A stretch of 64,000 bases of DNA, from the NCBI GenBank assembly GCA_964291235.2, contig OZ219815.1:640001-704000 (forward strand). The letters run 5' to 3'. Position numbers and translations under genes: made by a program. Below the pieces are notes generated by a model. It had not been told where the DNA came from and made no database searches. It worked only from the letters and a program-made list of their open reading frames with translations. The DNA comes from Vicinamibacteria bacterium. GTDB lineage: Bacteria; Acidobacteriota; Vicinamibacteria; Marinacidobacterales; Marinacidobacteraceae. Positions 29,193 through 38,910 of the stretch are shown piece after piece; position 1 is the first letter of the stretch; every line of letters starts with the position of its first letter.

Positions 29193-30338
29193 GTGTTTCT
29201 CCGAGTCCCCCGAACCCTGGGGGCGGCGAGCCTGCTGATTCCGGGCCTGCTGCTGCCGAACGCGGCGTCCGCCCAGGCCGAAGATCTCTTCACCGCGGAT
29301 CGTCTGGTCGAGGAAATGACCGCCAAGCAGGTGGTCTTCGAGACCACCCACGGGGCCTTCATCATCGAGGTCCTTCCCGAGAAGGCTCCCAACCACTCCG
29401 CCTTCTTCCTGCAGCAGGCGGAGGCGGGCAACTACGACGGGACCGCGTTCCACCGGGTCATTGCCCGCGGCATCGTGCAGGGCGGCGATCCCCTGTCGGA
29501 GGATCCGGAAGCCACCGACGTGTACGGGACTGGAGGTTTGCTGCGGCTCGCCCGCGAACCGAACGACGAACTCCACGTCCGGGGCGCGGTCTCGGCGGTG
29601 CAGGTGCCCGGCCAGCCCGACAGCGCCGGCTCCCAGTTCTTCATCGTGATCACCGACCAGCCGTCGCTCGACGGGGCATACACCGTGTTCGCCCGGGTCG
29701 TCGAGGGAATCCACGAAGTCACCCTGATCTCGGAGCTTCCCGCCGACGAGAAAGGGATGCCGGTCGAGAGGGTGGAAGTGCTCCGCGCCACCGTCCGCGA
29801 CCGCCCTCCGGAGCTTCCCGCACCGTTTTCGGAGGAGAGCGACGCGGAACTCGCGAACTTCCGGGTGGTGCTGGAAACCCCACACGGGGAGATCGGGATT
29901 GAATTCCTTCCGGAGACCGCTCCCAACCACATCAGGAACTTCCTGCGCCTGGCGGCGCTCGGGGCCTACGACGGGACGGCGTTTCATCGGGTCGTCCCCG
30001 GATTCGTGGTTCAGACCGGCTGGATGGATACGCGCGACGCACCGGTCCCGGAGAGCATAGAAAAACACATCACGAACCTCGCCCCGGAGTTCAGCGACAT
30101 CCCGCACGAGCCCGGGGTCGTCTCGATGGCCCGGCTGGAAGCGCTCGACAGCGCCATGACTTCCTTCTTCATCGTGACCGGGCGAGCCTCCGCCCTGGAC
30201 GGCCAGTACTCGGTGTTCGGCCGGGTGATCTCGGGATACGACGTCGTGGAGACGATCGAGGCGCTCCCGGCCGGTGAGGACGAGGCGCCCTTCGAGCGGG
30301 TGGAGATCGTCCGGGCTCGCGTGGAGACGGTTGAATGA
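29193..30338 (+). CDS. Secreted peptidyl-prolyl isomerase with two cyclophilin domains
   Basis: Two FHRV motifs, SQFFI/SFFI, YTVFARV/YSVFGRV; signal-like N-terminus; start approximate. Confidence 0.9.
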   Translation: MFLRVPRTLGAASLLIPGLLLPNAASAQAEDLFTADRLVEEMTAKQVVFETTHGAFIIEVLPEKAPNHSAFFLQQAEAGNYDGTAFHRVIARGIVQGGDPLSEDPEATDVYGTGGLLRLAREPNDELHVRGAVSAVQVPGQPDSAGSQFFIVITDQPSLDGAYTVFARVVEGIHEVTLISELPADEKGMPVERVEVLRATVRDRPPELPAPFSEESDAELANFRVVLETPHGEIGIEFLPETAPNHIRNFLRLAALGAYDGTAFHRVVPGFVVQTGWMDTRDAPVPESIEKHITNLAPEFSDIPHEPGVVSMARLEALDSAMTSFFIVTGRASALDGQYSVFGRVISGYDVVETIEALPAGEDEAPFERVEIVRARVETVE

Positions 30339-31345
30339 AGCGCAGCGACATCCTCGACGTGGCGATCGTGGGGGGCGGTCCCTCCGGACTCGCCACCGCG
30401 ATCGAGTGCCAGCGCGCGGGACTCTCCTACGAGATCATCGAAAAGGGCGGCCTCGTGGACGCCATCCGCCGCTTTCCGATCAACATGGTTTTCTTCACGA
30501 CGCCGGAGTTGCTCGAAATCGGCGGCCTTCCGCTCGTCTGTCACCGCGAAAAGCCCTCGCGCTACGAAGCTCTCGTGTACTACCGGAAGGTCGCCCAGCA
30601 CTACGACCTGCACCCACGACTCTTCACGCGGGTCCTCCGCGTTGAGCGCGACGGCCAGACGGACGGGACCCTGTTCACGCTCCACTTGAAGAGCGAACGG
30701 CCGGGAATCCCGGATCCGGGACCGGTGCGAGCCCGCAACGTGGTGATGGCCATCGGCTACTACGACACCCCGAACCGGCTCGACGTGCCGGGGGCGGACC
30801 TCGACAAGGTTTCCTGCCGATACGTCGAGACCCATCCCTATTTCGGATCGCGGGTCGCGGTGATCGGCGGCGGCAACTCGGCGGCCGAGGCCGCTCTCGA
30901 GCTCTTCCGGGCTGGCGTGGACGTCACGCTGATCCATCGCGGCGAGACCCTTTCCTCCCATCTCAAGTACTGGGTAAAGCCGGACATCGAAAACCGTCTG
31001 GCGCGGCGGGAGATCACGGGGTGGCTGGGTTCGGTGGTCGAGGAGATCCGGATGGACTCCCTGACCCTGCGGGACCGCGACGGGGAGACGCACGAAATCC
31101 CGAACGACTTCGTCCTCGCGCTCCTCGGTTACCGGCCGAACTATTCCTTCCTGGAATCGCTCGGCGTGCGGAGTGAGGGCGAGGACGGGAGACCGGTCAC
31201 CGACCCCGAGAGTTTCGCGACGGAGGTGCCGGGGCTCTACCTCGCCGGCGGGGTGGTGGCCGGGCGCCGGACGAACATGGTCTTCATCGAGAACGGCCGG
31301 TTCCACGGCGAGGCCATCATCCGCCACATCTGCGCGACGCGCTGA
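30335..31345 (+). CDS. YpdA-family FAD/NADPH oxidoreductase (putative bacillithiol disulfide reductase)
   Basis: [53 protein letters not shown]. Confidence 0.88.
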   Translation: MKRSDILDVAIVGGGPSGLATAIECQRAGLSYEIIEKGGLVDAIRRFPINMVFFTTPELLEIGGLPLVCHREKPSRYEALVYYRKVAQHYDLHPRLFTRVLRVERDGQTDGTLFTLHLKSERPGIPDPGPVRARNVVMAIGYYDTPNRLDVPGADLDKVSCRYVETHPYFGSRVAVIGGGNSAAEAALELFRAGVDVTLIHRGETLSSHLKYWVKPDIENRLARREITGWLGSVVEEIRMDSLTLRDRDGETHEIPNDFVLALLGYRPNYSFLESLGVRSEGEDGRPVTDPESFATEVPGLYLAGGVVAGRRTNMVFIENGRFHGEAIIRHICATR

Positions 31346-31373
31346 GGCGGCAGAGCGTCGGCGAAGGGGAAAC

Positions 31374-32045
31374 GTGCCGGAAGACCCGTGGGCCGCGGTG
31401 GAACTGGACTTCCGCGGGTTTCCTCCGGAGGAGATGGTCGAGCGGGCCCGGCAGTTCGCCGAACACATGGTCCAGCGCCGCACGGTCCGGGAATTCGACT
31501 CCCGCCCGGTGCCCCGGGGGGTGATCGAGGCGGCGCTCCGCACCGCGGCCTCGGCTCCCAGCGGGGCCAACCTGCAGCCCTGGCGATTTGTGGTGATCGA
31601 GGACGCCGCGATCAAGGCGAGAGTCCGGGAGGGGGCGGAGGCCGAGGAGCGGGCGTTTTACGCCGGCCGGGCGCCGCCGGAGTGGCTCGCAGCTCTCGAA
31701 CCCCTGGGCACCGATGCCAACAAGCCGTTCCTCACCGAGGCTCCACTGCTCATCGTCGTCTTCATGCAGCGCTACACCGTCGGCGCGGACGGGAGCCGGG
31801 TCCGGAACTACTACCACTCCGAGTCGGTCGGCATCGCGACCGGGTTCCTGATCGCGGCGCTCCACCACGCCGGACTCGCCACCCTCACCCACACTCCCAG
31901 CCCGATGAAATTCCTGAACGAATTGCTCGACCGCCCCGCGAACGAAGTCCCGTTCCTCCTCCTGGTGGTCGGCTATCCGAAACCCGGGGCGCGGGTGCCG
32001 GACATCCGGCGGCTCCCGCTGGATGAGGTGATGAGCTCGAAGTGA
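31374..32045 (+). CDS. Iodotyrosine deiodinase-like nitroreductase-fold flavoprotein
   Basis: [51 protein letters not shown]. Confidence 0.85.
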   Translation: MPEDPWAAVELDFRGFPPEEMVERARQFAEHMVQRRTVREFDSRPVPRGVIEAALRTAASAPSGANLQPWRFVVIEDAAIKARVREGAEAEERAFYAGRAPPEWLAALEPLGTDANKPFLTEAPLLIVVFMQRYTVGADGSRVRNYYHSESVGIATGFLIAALHHAGLATLTHTPSPMKFLNELLDRPANEVPFLLLVVGYPKPGARVPDIRRLPLDEVMSSK

Positions 32046-32061
32046 GTTCCGGGCGCTCGCG

Positions 32062-32248
32062 CTAACAGCCTGTGGTGAAACCCCCGTGAGCGCCGAGAGT
32101 GGCGAGGCGCCCGGCTGACAAGGCGCGTGAGCGAGGAATACCGGGTGTATTTCGACCGAAACGCAACGATGAGCGCCGCAACGCGGCGCGGTTCAGACGG
32201 GATGCATCGCCGCTTGAACGCCGCGGGGGTTTTGCCACAGGCTGTTAG
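32062..32248. mobile_element. MITE-like element (family A), 187 bp
   Basis: Perfect 14-bp terminal inverted repeat CTAACAGCCTGTGG/CCACAGGCTGTTAG; interior homologous in inverted orientation to 44513-44695. Confidence 0.85.
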
Positions 32249-33192
32249 CCGGCCGGCTCCTGGGTCGCCGCGTCGCGGGCGCCGAGTTTGACGTGGGCTG
32301 GCACCGGATGCAGGTCCCGGACGAGTCCGAGCCACGACATGACGACCAACAGGTAGTACGTCACGTCGATTTCCCACCAGAAGAAGCCCTGCCGCGCCGC
32401 GGACGGATAGCGGTGGTGGTTGTTGTGCCAGCCCTCGCCCAGAGTCAACAGGGCCAGCAACAGGCTGTTGCCGCTGTGGTCGCGGGTCGCGTAACGGCGC
32501 CGGCCGATCTGGTGCGCTGCGGAGTTGATCAGGCAGGTGGCGTGAAAGAGCACCACGGTCGAGATGAAGAACCCCCACACCAGCATCTGGGGGCCGCTGG
32601 TGTTCACTCCCGCGCCTTTGAGCACCCCGCCGAGCAGGAACAGGCCGGTAGCGAGGAAAACCGGCACCGCCATGTCGAACCGGTCCAACAGGCGCAGCTC
32701 CCGAAAGCGCGCGAGGTCGGGCACCACATCGAGGCGGGTCGGGAAATTGGCCGGAGCGGTGATCCAGCCGATGTGGCTCCACCAGAAGCCGTGCTGGTGC
32801 GGCGAGTGCACGTCTTCGGGTCCATCGGAGCGCCGGTGGTGCAGACGGTGGTGCGCGGCCCACCAGAGCGGCCCTCGCTGCACCGCCGACGCGCCGAGCA
32901 GGGCGAAGAGAAACTGCATGAACCGCGAGGTCCGGAACGTCCGGTGCGAGAAATAGCGGTGATAGAAGCCGGTGAGCGCGAACGCGCGAATCCAATAGAG
33001 CGCCAATGCGACACCGACCGCCGTCGGGCTCCATCCGACCCAGATGGGACCCAGGCACATCAGATGGAGAAAGATGAAGGGCGCTACGCGAGCCCAATCG
33101 ACCCGCATGGAGCGCTCGCCAGGGTCCGGGCGGTACGCCCAACTGTCGAACCAGACGGTAACGACACCCAGCCGCTTGGCGATGGAGGTCAC
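32245..33192 (-). CDS. Acyl-CoA/fatty acid desaturase (delta-9 type)
   Basis: His boxes YHRYFSH, HHRLHH, GEGWHNNHH; start approximate. Confidence 0.93.
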   Translation of the reverse strand: MTSIAKRLGVVTVWFDSWAYRPDPGERSMRVDWARVAPFIFLHLMCLGPIWVGWSPTAVGVALALYWIRAFALTGFYHRYFSHRTFRTSRFMQFLFALLGASAVQRGPLWWAAHHRLHHRRSDGPEDVHSPHQHGFWWSHIGWITAPANFPTRLDVVPDLARFRELRLLDRFDMAVPVFLATGLFLLGGVLKGAGVNTSGPQMLVWGFFISTVVLFHATCLINSAAHQIGRRRYATRDHSGNSLLLALLTLGEGWHNNHHRYPSAARQGFFWWEIDVTYYLLVVMSWLGLVRDLHPVPAHVKLGARDAATQEPAG

Positions 33193-33472
33193 GGCCGGGC
33201 CCCGTCCGCGCGGCGGACCACCTGCCCGAACGCACATGGCGCCAGCCAGACACCGAAGGCGGTCACCCCCACTGCGAGCGTGTCCAACGGGGTCTGGGGT
33301 CCAGGCATCACGGCGCGGAAGCCCCCGTCTTCAACCACGGCAGCCGCCGAAAGCGAGGGTAGCACCTGCGGATCGCCCGTGAGAATCCCGGTAACGCGTG
33401 AGTGCGGCACAATTTCGGAGTTCGGATGACGGAATCGAGAGCGGGGTGCGGACCGGGACGCGGAGCACTCCG

Positions 33473-35191
33473 GTGAGCGGCCCCAACCGTCGCGAGTTCA
33501 GCGGCGCGCTCGCTGCCGGTCTGCTGGGCGCCGCGTGCGGCCCGGAGCGTCCCTCCCATCCCGCCACCCTCGACTACCGGATCCGGAACGCCCTGGTGGT
33601 GGACGGGACGGGTGCTCCCGCGTACCGCGGCGACCTCGGAATCCGGGACGGCCGCTTCGTCGGGGCGGTGGGTGAAGCGCTCCGCGAAGTGAACGCCGAC
33701 GGTCTCGTCGCCGCTCCCGGCTTCGTGGACATCCATTCGCACGGTGATCTCGTCCTCGCGAGCAGCCGCCCGGATCGCGAAACCCTGGTCGCCGGCCGGC
33801 TCGCCCAGGGAATCACCACCGAGGTGATCGGAAACTGCGGGTTGGGGGCGGCGCCCCTCTTCGGTGAGGCGCGCGACCTCGCTCCCGCCGTACACGCCTG
33901 GATGACCCCCGCGGGCGCCTCCTGGCGTTGGTCGTCGCTGTCCGCCTACTTCTCCGCGCTCGAGACGCGCGGACTGCCGCTCAACGTGGCGGCGCTCGTC
34001 CCCCACGGCCTGCTACGCCTCGGAGCCATGGGGCTCCGGCCCGGGGCCCCTGACGCCGGAGAACGCACCGCCATGGCCGCTGCCCTCGCAAGGAGCCTCG
34101 AGGAAGGCGCCTTCGGCCTTTCCTGCGGGCTCATCTATCCGCCGGGGATGTTCAGCGCGACCGAAGAACTCCTCGGGCTGGCCCACCTGCTACGCACCTC
34201 GGACGGCGTGTTCACCGCCCATGTGCGCGGGTCCAGCGAGACGCTGCTCCCCGCGGTCGAAGAGCTGATCGAGATCGGCCGGGACGCGGAGGTCCGCGTT
34301 CACCACAGCCACGCGGAGGCGGTGGGCCGGGCCCATTGGGAAAAGCTCGGGACGTTTTTGCGAATGGAACAGGAAGCGCGGCGGGCCGGCGTTCGCGTCT
34401 CGGCCGACATGTTCCCCTACCCGGTCGCGGCCACCATGATGTACGCCATCTATCCCCCCTGGGCGCTCGAAGGCGGCCCGGGAGAACTCCTCGGCCGGCT
34501 CCGCGATCCTGAACACCGGGCGCGTATTGGACGGGACATCGAAGAAAGAGTGCCGGAGTGGCCACCCTGGCAGCCCGGCGGGTGGCCCCACAACCTCGTG
34601 TCCGCGGTGGGCTGGGACGGCATTCAGGTGTCCAGCGTGGGCAGCCAGGCGGGCCGTGAGGCGCTCGGTCGATCCCTCGCCGAGCTGGGGCAGGCCCGCG
34701 GAACCCGTCCATACGAGGCCATATCGGATCTGATGGTGCGCGAGGAGGGCGCCGTCGGCCAGTTCGTGCTGGACATCAGCGGCGAGGTGGGACTCCGGAC
34801 GCTCGTTTCCGACCCGGAGGTGGCGTTCATCACGGACGCGAACGACTACGGGCACGGGTCGCCCCACCCGGCCGCCTACGGCGCCTTTCCGCGGGTCCTC
34901 CGGCGCTACGTGCGGGAAGAAGGGTTGATCTCGCTCGAAGAGGCGGTCCGCAGGATGACTTCCCTTCCGGCCGATATCGTCGGATTCCCGGATCGAGGCC
35001 GGATCGCGAACGGATTCCCCGCCGATCTCGTTCTGTTCGATCAGGAGGAGGTCACCGACCACGCCACCCTGGAAGAACCCCGCGCCCGGGCGACCGGAGT
35101 TCAGGCCACCTTCGTGAACGGCCAGCCCGTGATCCGCGACGGCCGCTACACCGGCGCGCTCGCGGGGCGCGTGCTCAGGAAATCCGCCTGA
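33473..35191 (+). CDS. N-acyl-D-amino-acid deacylase (amidohydrolase)
   Basis: PGFVDIHSH, GNCG, YPPG, HPAAYGAFPR, MTSLPA; Tat/lipoprotein-like NRREF...GAAC. Confidence 0.9.
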   Translation: MSGPNRREFSGALAAGLLGAACGPERPSHPATLDYRIRNALVVDGTGAPAYRGDLGIRDGRFVGAVGEALREVNADGLVAAPGFVDIHSHGDLVLASSRPDRETLVAGRLAQGITTEVIGNCGLGAAPLFGEARDLAPAVHAWMTPAGASWRWSSLSAYFSALETRGLPLNVAALVPHGLLRLGAMGLRPGAPDAGERTAMAAALARSLEEGAFGLSCGLIYPPGMFSATEELLGLAHLLRTSDGVFTAHVRGSSETLLPAVEELIEIGRDAEVRVHHSHAEAVGRAHWEKLGTFLRMEQEARRAGVRVSADMFPYPVAATMMYAIYPPWALEGGPGELLGRLRDPEHRARIGRDIEERVPEWPPWQPGGWPHNLVSAVGWDGIQVSSVGSQAGREALGRSLAELGQARGTRPYEAISDLMVREEGAVGQFVLDISGEVGLRTLVSDPEVAFITDANDYGHGSPHPAAYGAFPRVLRRYVREEGLISLEEAVRRMTSLPADIVGFPDRGRIANGFPADLVLFDQEEVTDHATLEEPRARATGVQATFVNGQPVIRDGRYTGALAGRVLRKSA

Positions 35192-35234
35192 AGGGGAGTC
35201 CCTCCTGCGCATCGAAACCCTTCCTCGGCGCCTG

Positions 35235-35543
35235 GTGGCGGCCAGCCTGGTGCTCGCGATGCTGGCCAGCGGCTGTTCCCTCGTCCTTACCCAGGGCCCT
35301 CCCAGACCCGGCGAGAGCGACTACGACCCGACTGGCGACTACCCGGGCGGCGTCCCGTGCACGAGCAACCGGACGTGGCCGCTGGTGGACCTTGGTTTCA
35401 TGCTCTGGGCGCTGGCGCTCACACTCACCTACGACGACCGGGACGACCGGATCGACGGCAGCCTGACCTCGGCGGCAGCCGCCATTTCTGCGTGGATCGG
35501 CTATCGGCGAACGGCGGCCTGCCGGGGCGCCCAAACGCCGTGA
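35235..35543 (+). CDS. Small hypothetical membrane lipoprotein
   Basis: LASGC lipobox followed by two hydrophobic segments. Confidence 0.55.
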   Translation: MAASLVLAMLASGCSLVLTQGPPRPGESDYDPTGDYPGGVPCTSNRTWPLVDLGFMLWALALTLTYDDRDDRIDGSLTSAAAAISAWIGYRRTAACRGAQTP

Positions 35544-35594
35544 TCCGGCGCGGGGGTTCAAGGCTACCGCGCAGGGCCGGATGGCGACCGGCCG

Positions 35595-36344
35595 TCAGCC
35601 GCCGCTGCGGGCCTGAGCGATGAGTTGCTTGAGCCGGGCGCCGTCCACCGCGCCCGGTACCAGGGTGTTCCCGATCACGAAGGCCGGCGTCCCCGAGATT
35701 CCGAGCTCGCGGGCCAGACGCTGGGTCTCCTCCAGGTAGGCCGCAATCTCGGGATCGGCCATGTCTTGCTGCAGGCGCTCCACATCGAGCCCCACCTCCT
35801 CCGCGATCGCCATCACCGACTCCTCGCTGAGGCGATCCCGCGCCCCCATGGCCGCCTCGTGGAACGCCTGATACTTGTCCTGCTTGTGCGCCGCCATGGA
35901 CGCGAGCGCGGCGAAGGTCGAAACCGGCCCCAGCACCGGAAGGTCCTTCCACACGATCCGCAGCCCCGGATCGCTCTCCAGTAGATCCATGACCGGCGCG
36001 AGCGAGCGCTTGCAGTAACCGCACTGGTAGTCGAAGAACTCGACGAGCGTCACGTCGCCCTCGGGGTTACCGGAAACCGGCGACATCGGATGGCTGACCA
36101 GCGCTCCTCGGTTCGTCACCAACGCTTCACGCGCCCTCGCCGCCTTTTCGGCCTGGCGCTTCGCGTTCAGCGCGAGGATCGCCTCTTCGAGGACCTCCGG
36201 ATGCTCGATCAGGTACTCCCGAACGATCTTCCGGACGGCCTCCTTGTCCGGAGGCGGCTGCTGCCCGGCCTTGGCCCGGGCATCGCCGGCGATCGCCATG
36301 CAGGCCAGCACCGCGGAGAGCGCGAGCGCGATTGTGGACCTCAT
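35595..36344 (-). CDS. DsbA-family thiol:disulfide oxidoreductase (Com1/ScsC-like)
   Basis: EFFDYQCGYC, GTPAF cis-Pro loop, N-terminal VREYLIEHPEVL. Confidence 0.92.
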   Translation of the reverse strand: MRSTIALALSAVLACMAIAGDARAKAGQQPPPDKEAVRKIVREYLIEHPEVLEEAILALNAKRQAEKAARAREALVTNRGALVSHPMSPVSGNPEGDVTLVEFFDYQCGYCKRSLAPVMDLLESDPGLRIVWKDLPVLGPVSTFAALASMAAHKQDKYQAFHEAAMGARDRLSEESVMAIAEEVGLDVERLQQDMADPEIAAYLEETQRLARELGISGTPAFVIGNTLVPGAVDGARLKQLIAQARSGG

Positions 36345-36473
36345 GCGGAGCCTCCTTTGACAGGACCTGGCGCCGCCGGGAGGCCGCGTTCTACAGACCT
36401 GACGTCTCCCGCCTCGGGGAGACGGAGAGCATTCTAGTGACTCCTCCCGGAACCCGGCCCCAGCGGCACGGAC

Positions 36474-38900
36474 CTACCGCGGGTCCGTGGTCGGGGCCAT
36501 GCTTCCGGATCCCCCGTCCAGGTGGCGGTCGAAGAAATCCGTCATGCGGCGGTAGCTGTCGCGGCGGGTGGGAATCTCGTCCCAGCCGTGGTCCTCGACC
36601 GGATAGACAACCAGGTCGAAGTCCTTCTGCTTCTCGATGAGGATCTGCGCCAGCCGGAAGGAGTCCTGAATCTGGACGTTCCCGTCCACGAGTCCGTGCT
36701 GGATCTGGAGCGCGTCCTGGAGCCCGTCCGCGTAGTAGACCGGACTGGAGATCCGGTAGGCCTCCTCGTCTTCGAGCTGGCTGCCGTTCAGGATCCGGCT
36801 GGTATAGCCCTGGTTGTAGTGGACCCAGTCGGTGACCGGATAGAGCGCCACCCCGGCCGCGTACTTCCCCGGATTCCGGAAAAGGGACATCAGGGTAAAG
36901 AAGCCGCCGTAGGAACCGCCGTACACCCCGATCCGGTCCCGCGCGACGCCGTACTGATCCGCCAGGATGTCAAGGAGCGGCAGCGCGCTGTCGATGTCCG
37001 AAACCCCCATCTGGCGGTAGGCGTAGGTGCGGTTCCGGTGTCCGTATCCCGAGCTGCCGCGGTAGTCCACCGATGCCGCCGCGTAGCCGCGCTGGATCAG
37101 GTAGTTGGCGTAGACGATGCTGCCGGCCCGCGCCCAACCCTTGACAACCGCCTGGGCGCATTCGCCGCAGCCATGGGCATAGACCACCGCGGGAGTCGCA
37201 CCCGGCGTGGCGCCGGCGGGCGTGTCCCAGATGCGGGCCCACGCCGTGGTCCCGTCGGGCAGGTCGTACTCGACGATCTCGCTCCCCGCCCAGGCGGTCC
37301 GGTAGAAGGCGTCGGTTCCGCTCTTCGTGATCCGTACCGGGTCGGCCGCGGCGACCGGATCCATCAGGTAGAGGTCGCCCATTGCGGTGAGCGACTGACT
37401 CACCGCGGCGACCCGGCCTCCATCGGGAGACATCGCCCAGGAGTGCATCCCCTCACCGCTCGTAACCTGCTCCAGAGCCCCGCCGCGAGCCGGAATCCGA
37501 TAGAGGTGTTCCTCGCCCGGATGCTCGCGGCTGGTGGTGACCAGGAAGGACTCCCCGCCCGGACCGAGTTCGGCGCGCCGGACCTCGAACTCACCCTCGG
37601 TGAGTGCCGTCACTTCCCCCTCAAGGTTCGCGAGCAGCAGCATCGCCCAGCCGCTCGCCACCGAACCGAAGGCGAACGCCTGGCTGTCGGGAAGCCACTC
37701 CAGGTACCCGGACGACCAGCGCCCCACCACCAGCGGACCGCCGACCCAGGCTTCTTCCTGCTGGTGGTCCACCGGACGCAGGGTGCCTGCCTCCACATCC
37801 AGGAAGGCGATCCAGCGATCCTTGTGATCCATGGACAGCACTTGCACGACGCCGTGCCGTCCGTCCGGGCTCCACCAGGGGCCGTGCATCACGGTGTCCT
37901 TCTCGATGCCGTCCTCAACCCAGCGGATCTCGATATCCTCGGTGCGGACGGTGCGGTCCACCGCCACGACCCCGAGACGCCACGAGACAAGCGCCTCTCC
38001 GACCTTGGGGCGGGCGTCCTTCTCGGTCGCCTGCCCGCTCTCGTTCACGAACTCCATGAAGCTCGTTCGCTTGGGGTCGGACGGATCCTTCCGCGACCGG
38101 AAGACGAGGTACTTCCCGTCCGGCGAGAGCCGGATGTCCACTGCCTTCTCACCCTTCGGGATCGGGATTTCCTGCGGCAGCAGTTCGTTGTGGTCGCGGC
38201 GCAGTTGGTCGCGCCGCTCCTCCCGTTCCTTTCGTTCGCGCACCACCTGGACCAGCTCGTTCTGCTGAGCCTTGAGCCATTCCTGCTGTTTGCTGTCCTC
38301 TGCCTCCTCGGGGATCACCGCCGCAAGCTGGCGCGTTATTCCCGACGAGAGGTCGTGTTGCCAAAGATCCCCGCTTTCCCCGGAATTCGCCGAAAGCCCC
38401 TTGGTCGCGAAGAGCACCTTGTTCCCGTCCGGACGCAGGCGAAGCTGGCCGATCCGGCCGGCGACGGCAAACACCGCGCGCGTCCCGCCGTCCGCCGTCC
38501 AGACGTACAGGGATCCCTGCGAACTCCACGCCGCGGTGTCTCCGGCGACGGTACGGACCAAGTTGGTCCCGGGAACAAGCTGGATTTCGGCTTCGGTCAA
38601 CTCCCGGAGATCCCGGCCGTTCCGATCCACCGCGAACCAGGGATCGTCGTCCGGCAACTGTCCCGGCCCGGGGTCCTCACGCCAGCGGAAATAGACCTCC
38701 TGGCCGTCGGGCGACCAGCGCAGGTCGCGCGGAGCGAGGCCGAACACGCGACCGCCGCCGCCGAGGTGATCCAGGGTCAACCGGAAACCCGGGTCGGCAT
38801 CCGCAACGGTCAGCTCCGATTGGGAGCGCAGTTGCGCGCCCGCCAGCGCAGGCAGGACGAGCAACAGGGTTGCTTTCGCAAGTGCGGGAACTGGCCTCAT
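36474..38900 (-). CDS. S9 prolyl oligopeptidase / DPP-IV-like serine peptidase
   Basis: Beta-propeller WSPDG repeats, DYRGSSGYG, GGSYGG, DGNV, EDH triad; signal peptide. Confidence 0.92.
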   Translation of the reverse strand: MRPVPALAKATLLLVLPALAGAQLRSQSELTVADADPGFRLTLDHLGGGGRVFGLAPRDLRWSPDGQEVYFRWREDPGPGQLPDDDPWFAVDRNGRDLRELTEAEIQLVPGTNLVRTVAGDTAAWSSQGSLYVWTADGGTRAVFAVAGRIGQLRLRPDGNKVLFATKGLSANSGESGDLWQHDLSSGITRQLAAVIPEEAEDSKQQEWLKAQQNELVQVVRERKEREERRDQLRRDHNELLPQEIPIPKGEKAVDIRLSPDGKYLVFRSRKDPSDPKRTSFMEFVNESGQATEKDARPKVGEALVSWRLGVVAVDRTVRTEDIEIRWVEDGIEKDTVMHGPWWSPDGRHGVVQVLSMDHKDRWIAFLDVEAGTLRPVDHQQEEAWVGGPLVVGRWSSGYLEWLPDSQAFAFGSVASGWAMLLLANLEGEVTALTEGEFEVRRAELGPGGESFLVTTSREHPGEEHLYRIPARGGALEQVTSGEGMHSWAMSPDGGRVAAVSQSLTAMGDLYLMDPVAAADPVRITKSGTDAFYRTAWAGSEIVEYDLPDGTTAWARIWDTPAGATPGATPAVVYAHGCGECAQAVVKGWARAGSIVYANYLIQRGYAAASVDYRGSSGYGHRNRTYAYRQMGVSDIDSALPLLDILADQYGVARDRIGVYGGSYGGFFTLMSLFRNPGKYAAGVALYPVTDWVHYNQGYTSRILNGSQLEDEEAYRISSPVYYADGLQDALQIQHGLVDGNVQIQDSFRLAQILIEKQKDFDLVVYPVEDHGWDEIPTRRDSYRRMTDFFDRHLDGGSGSMAPTTDPR

Positions 38901-38910
38901 CGCGGCCTCC

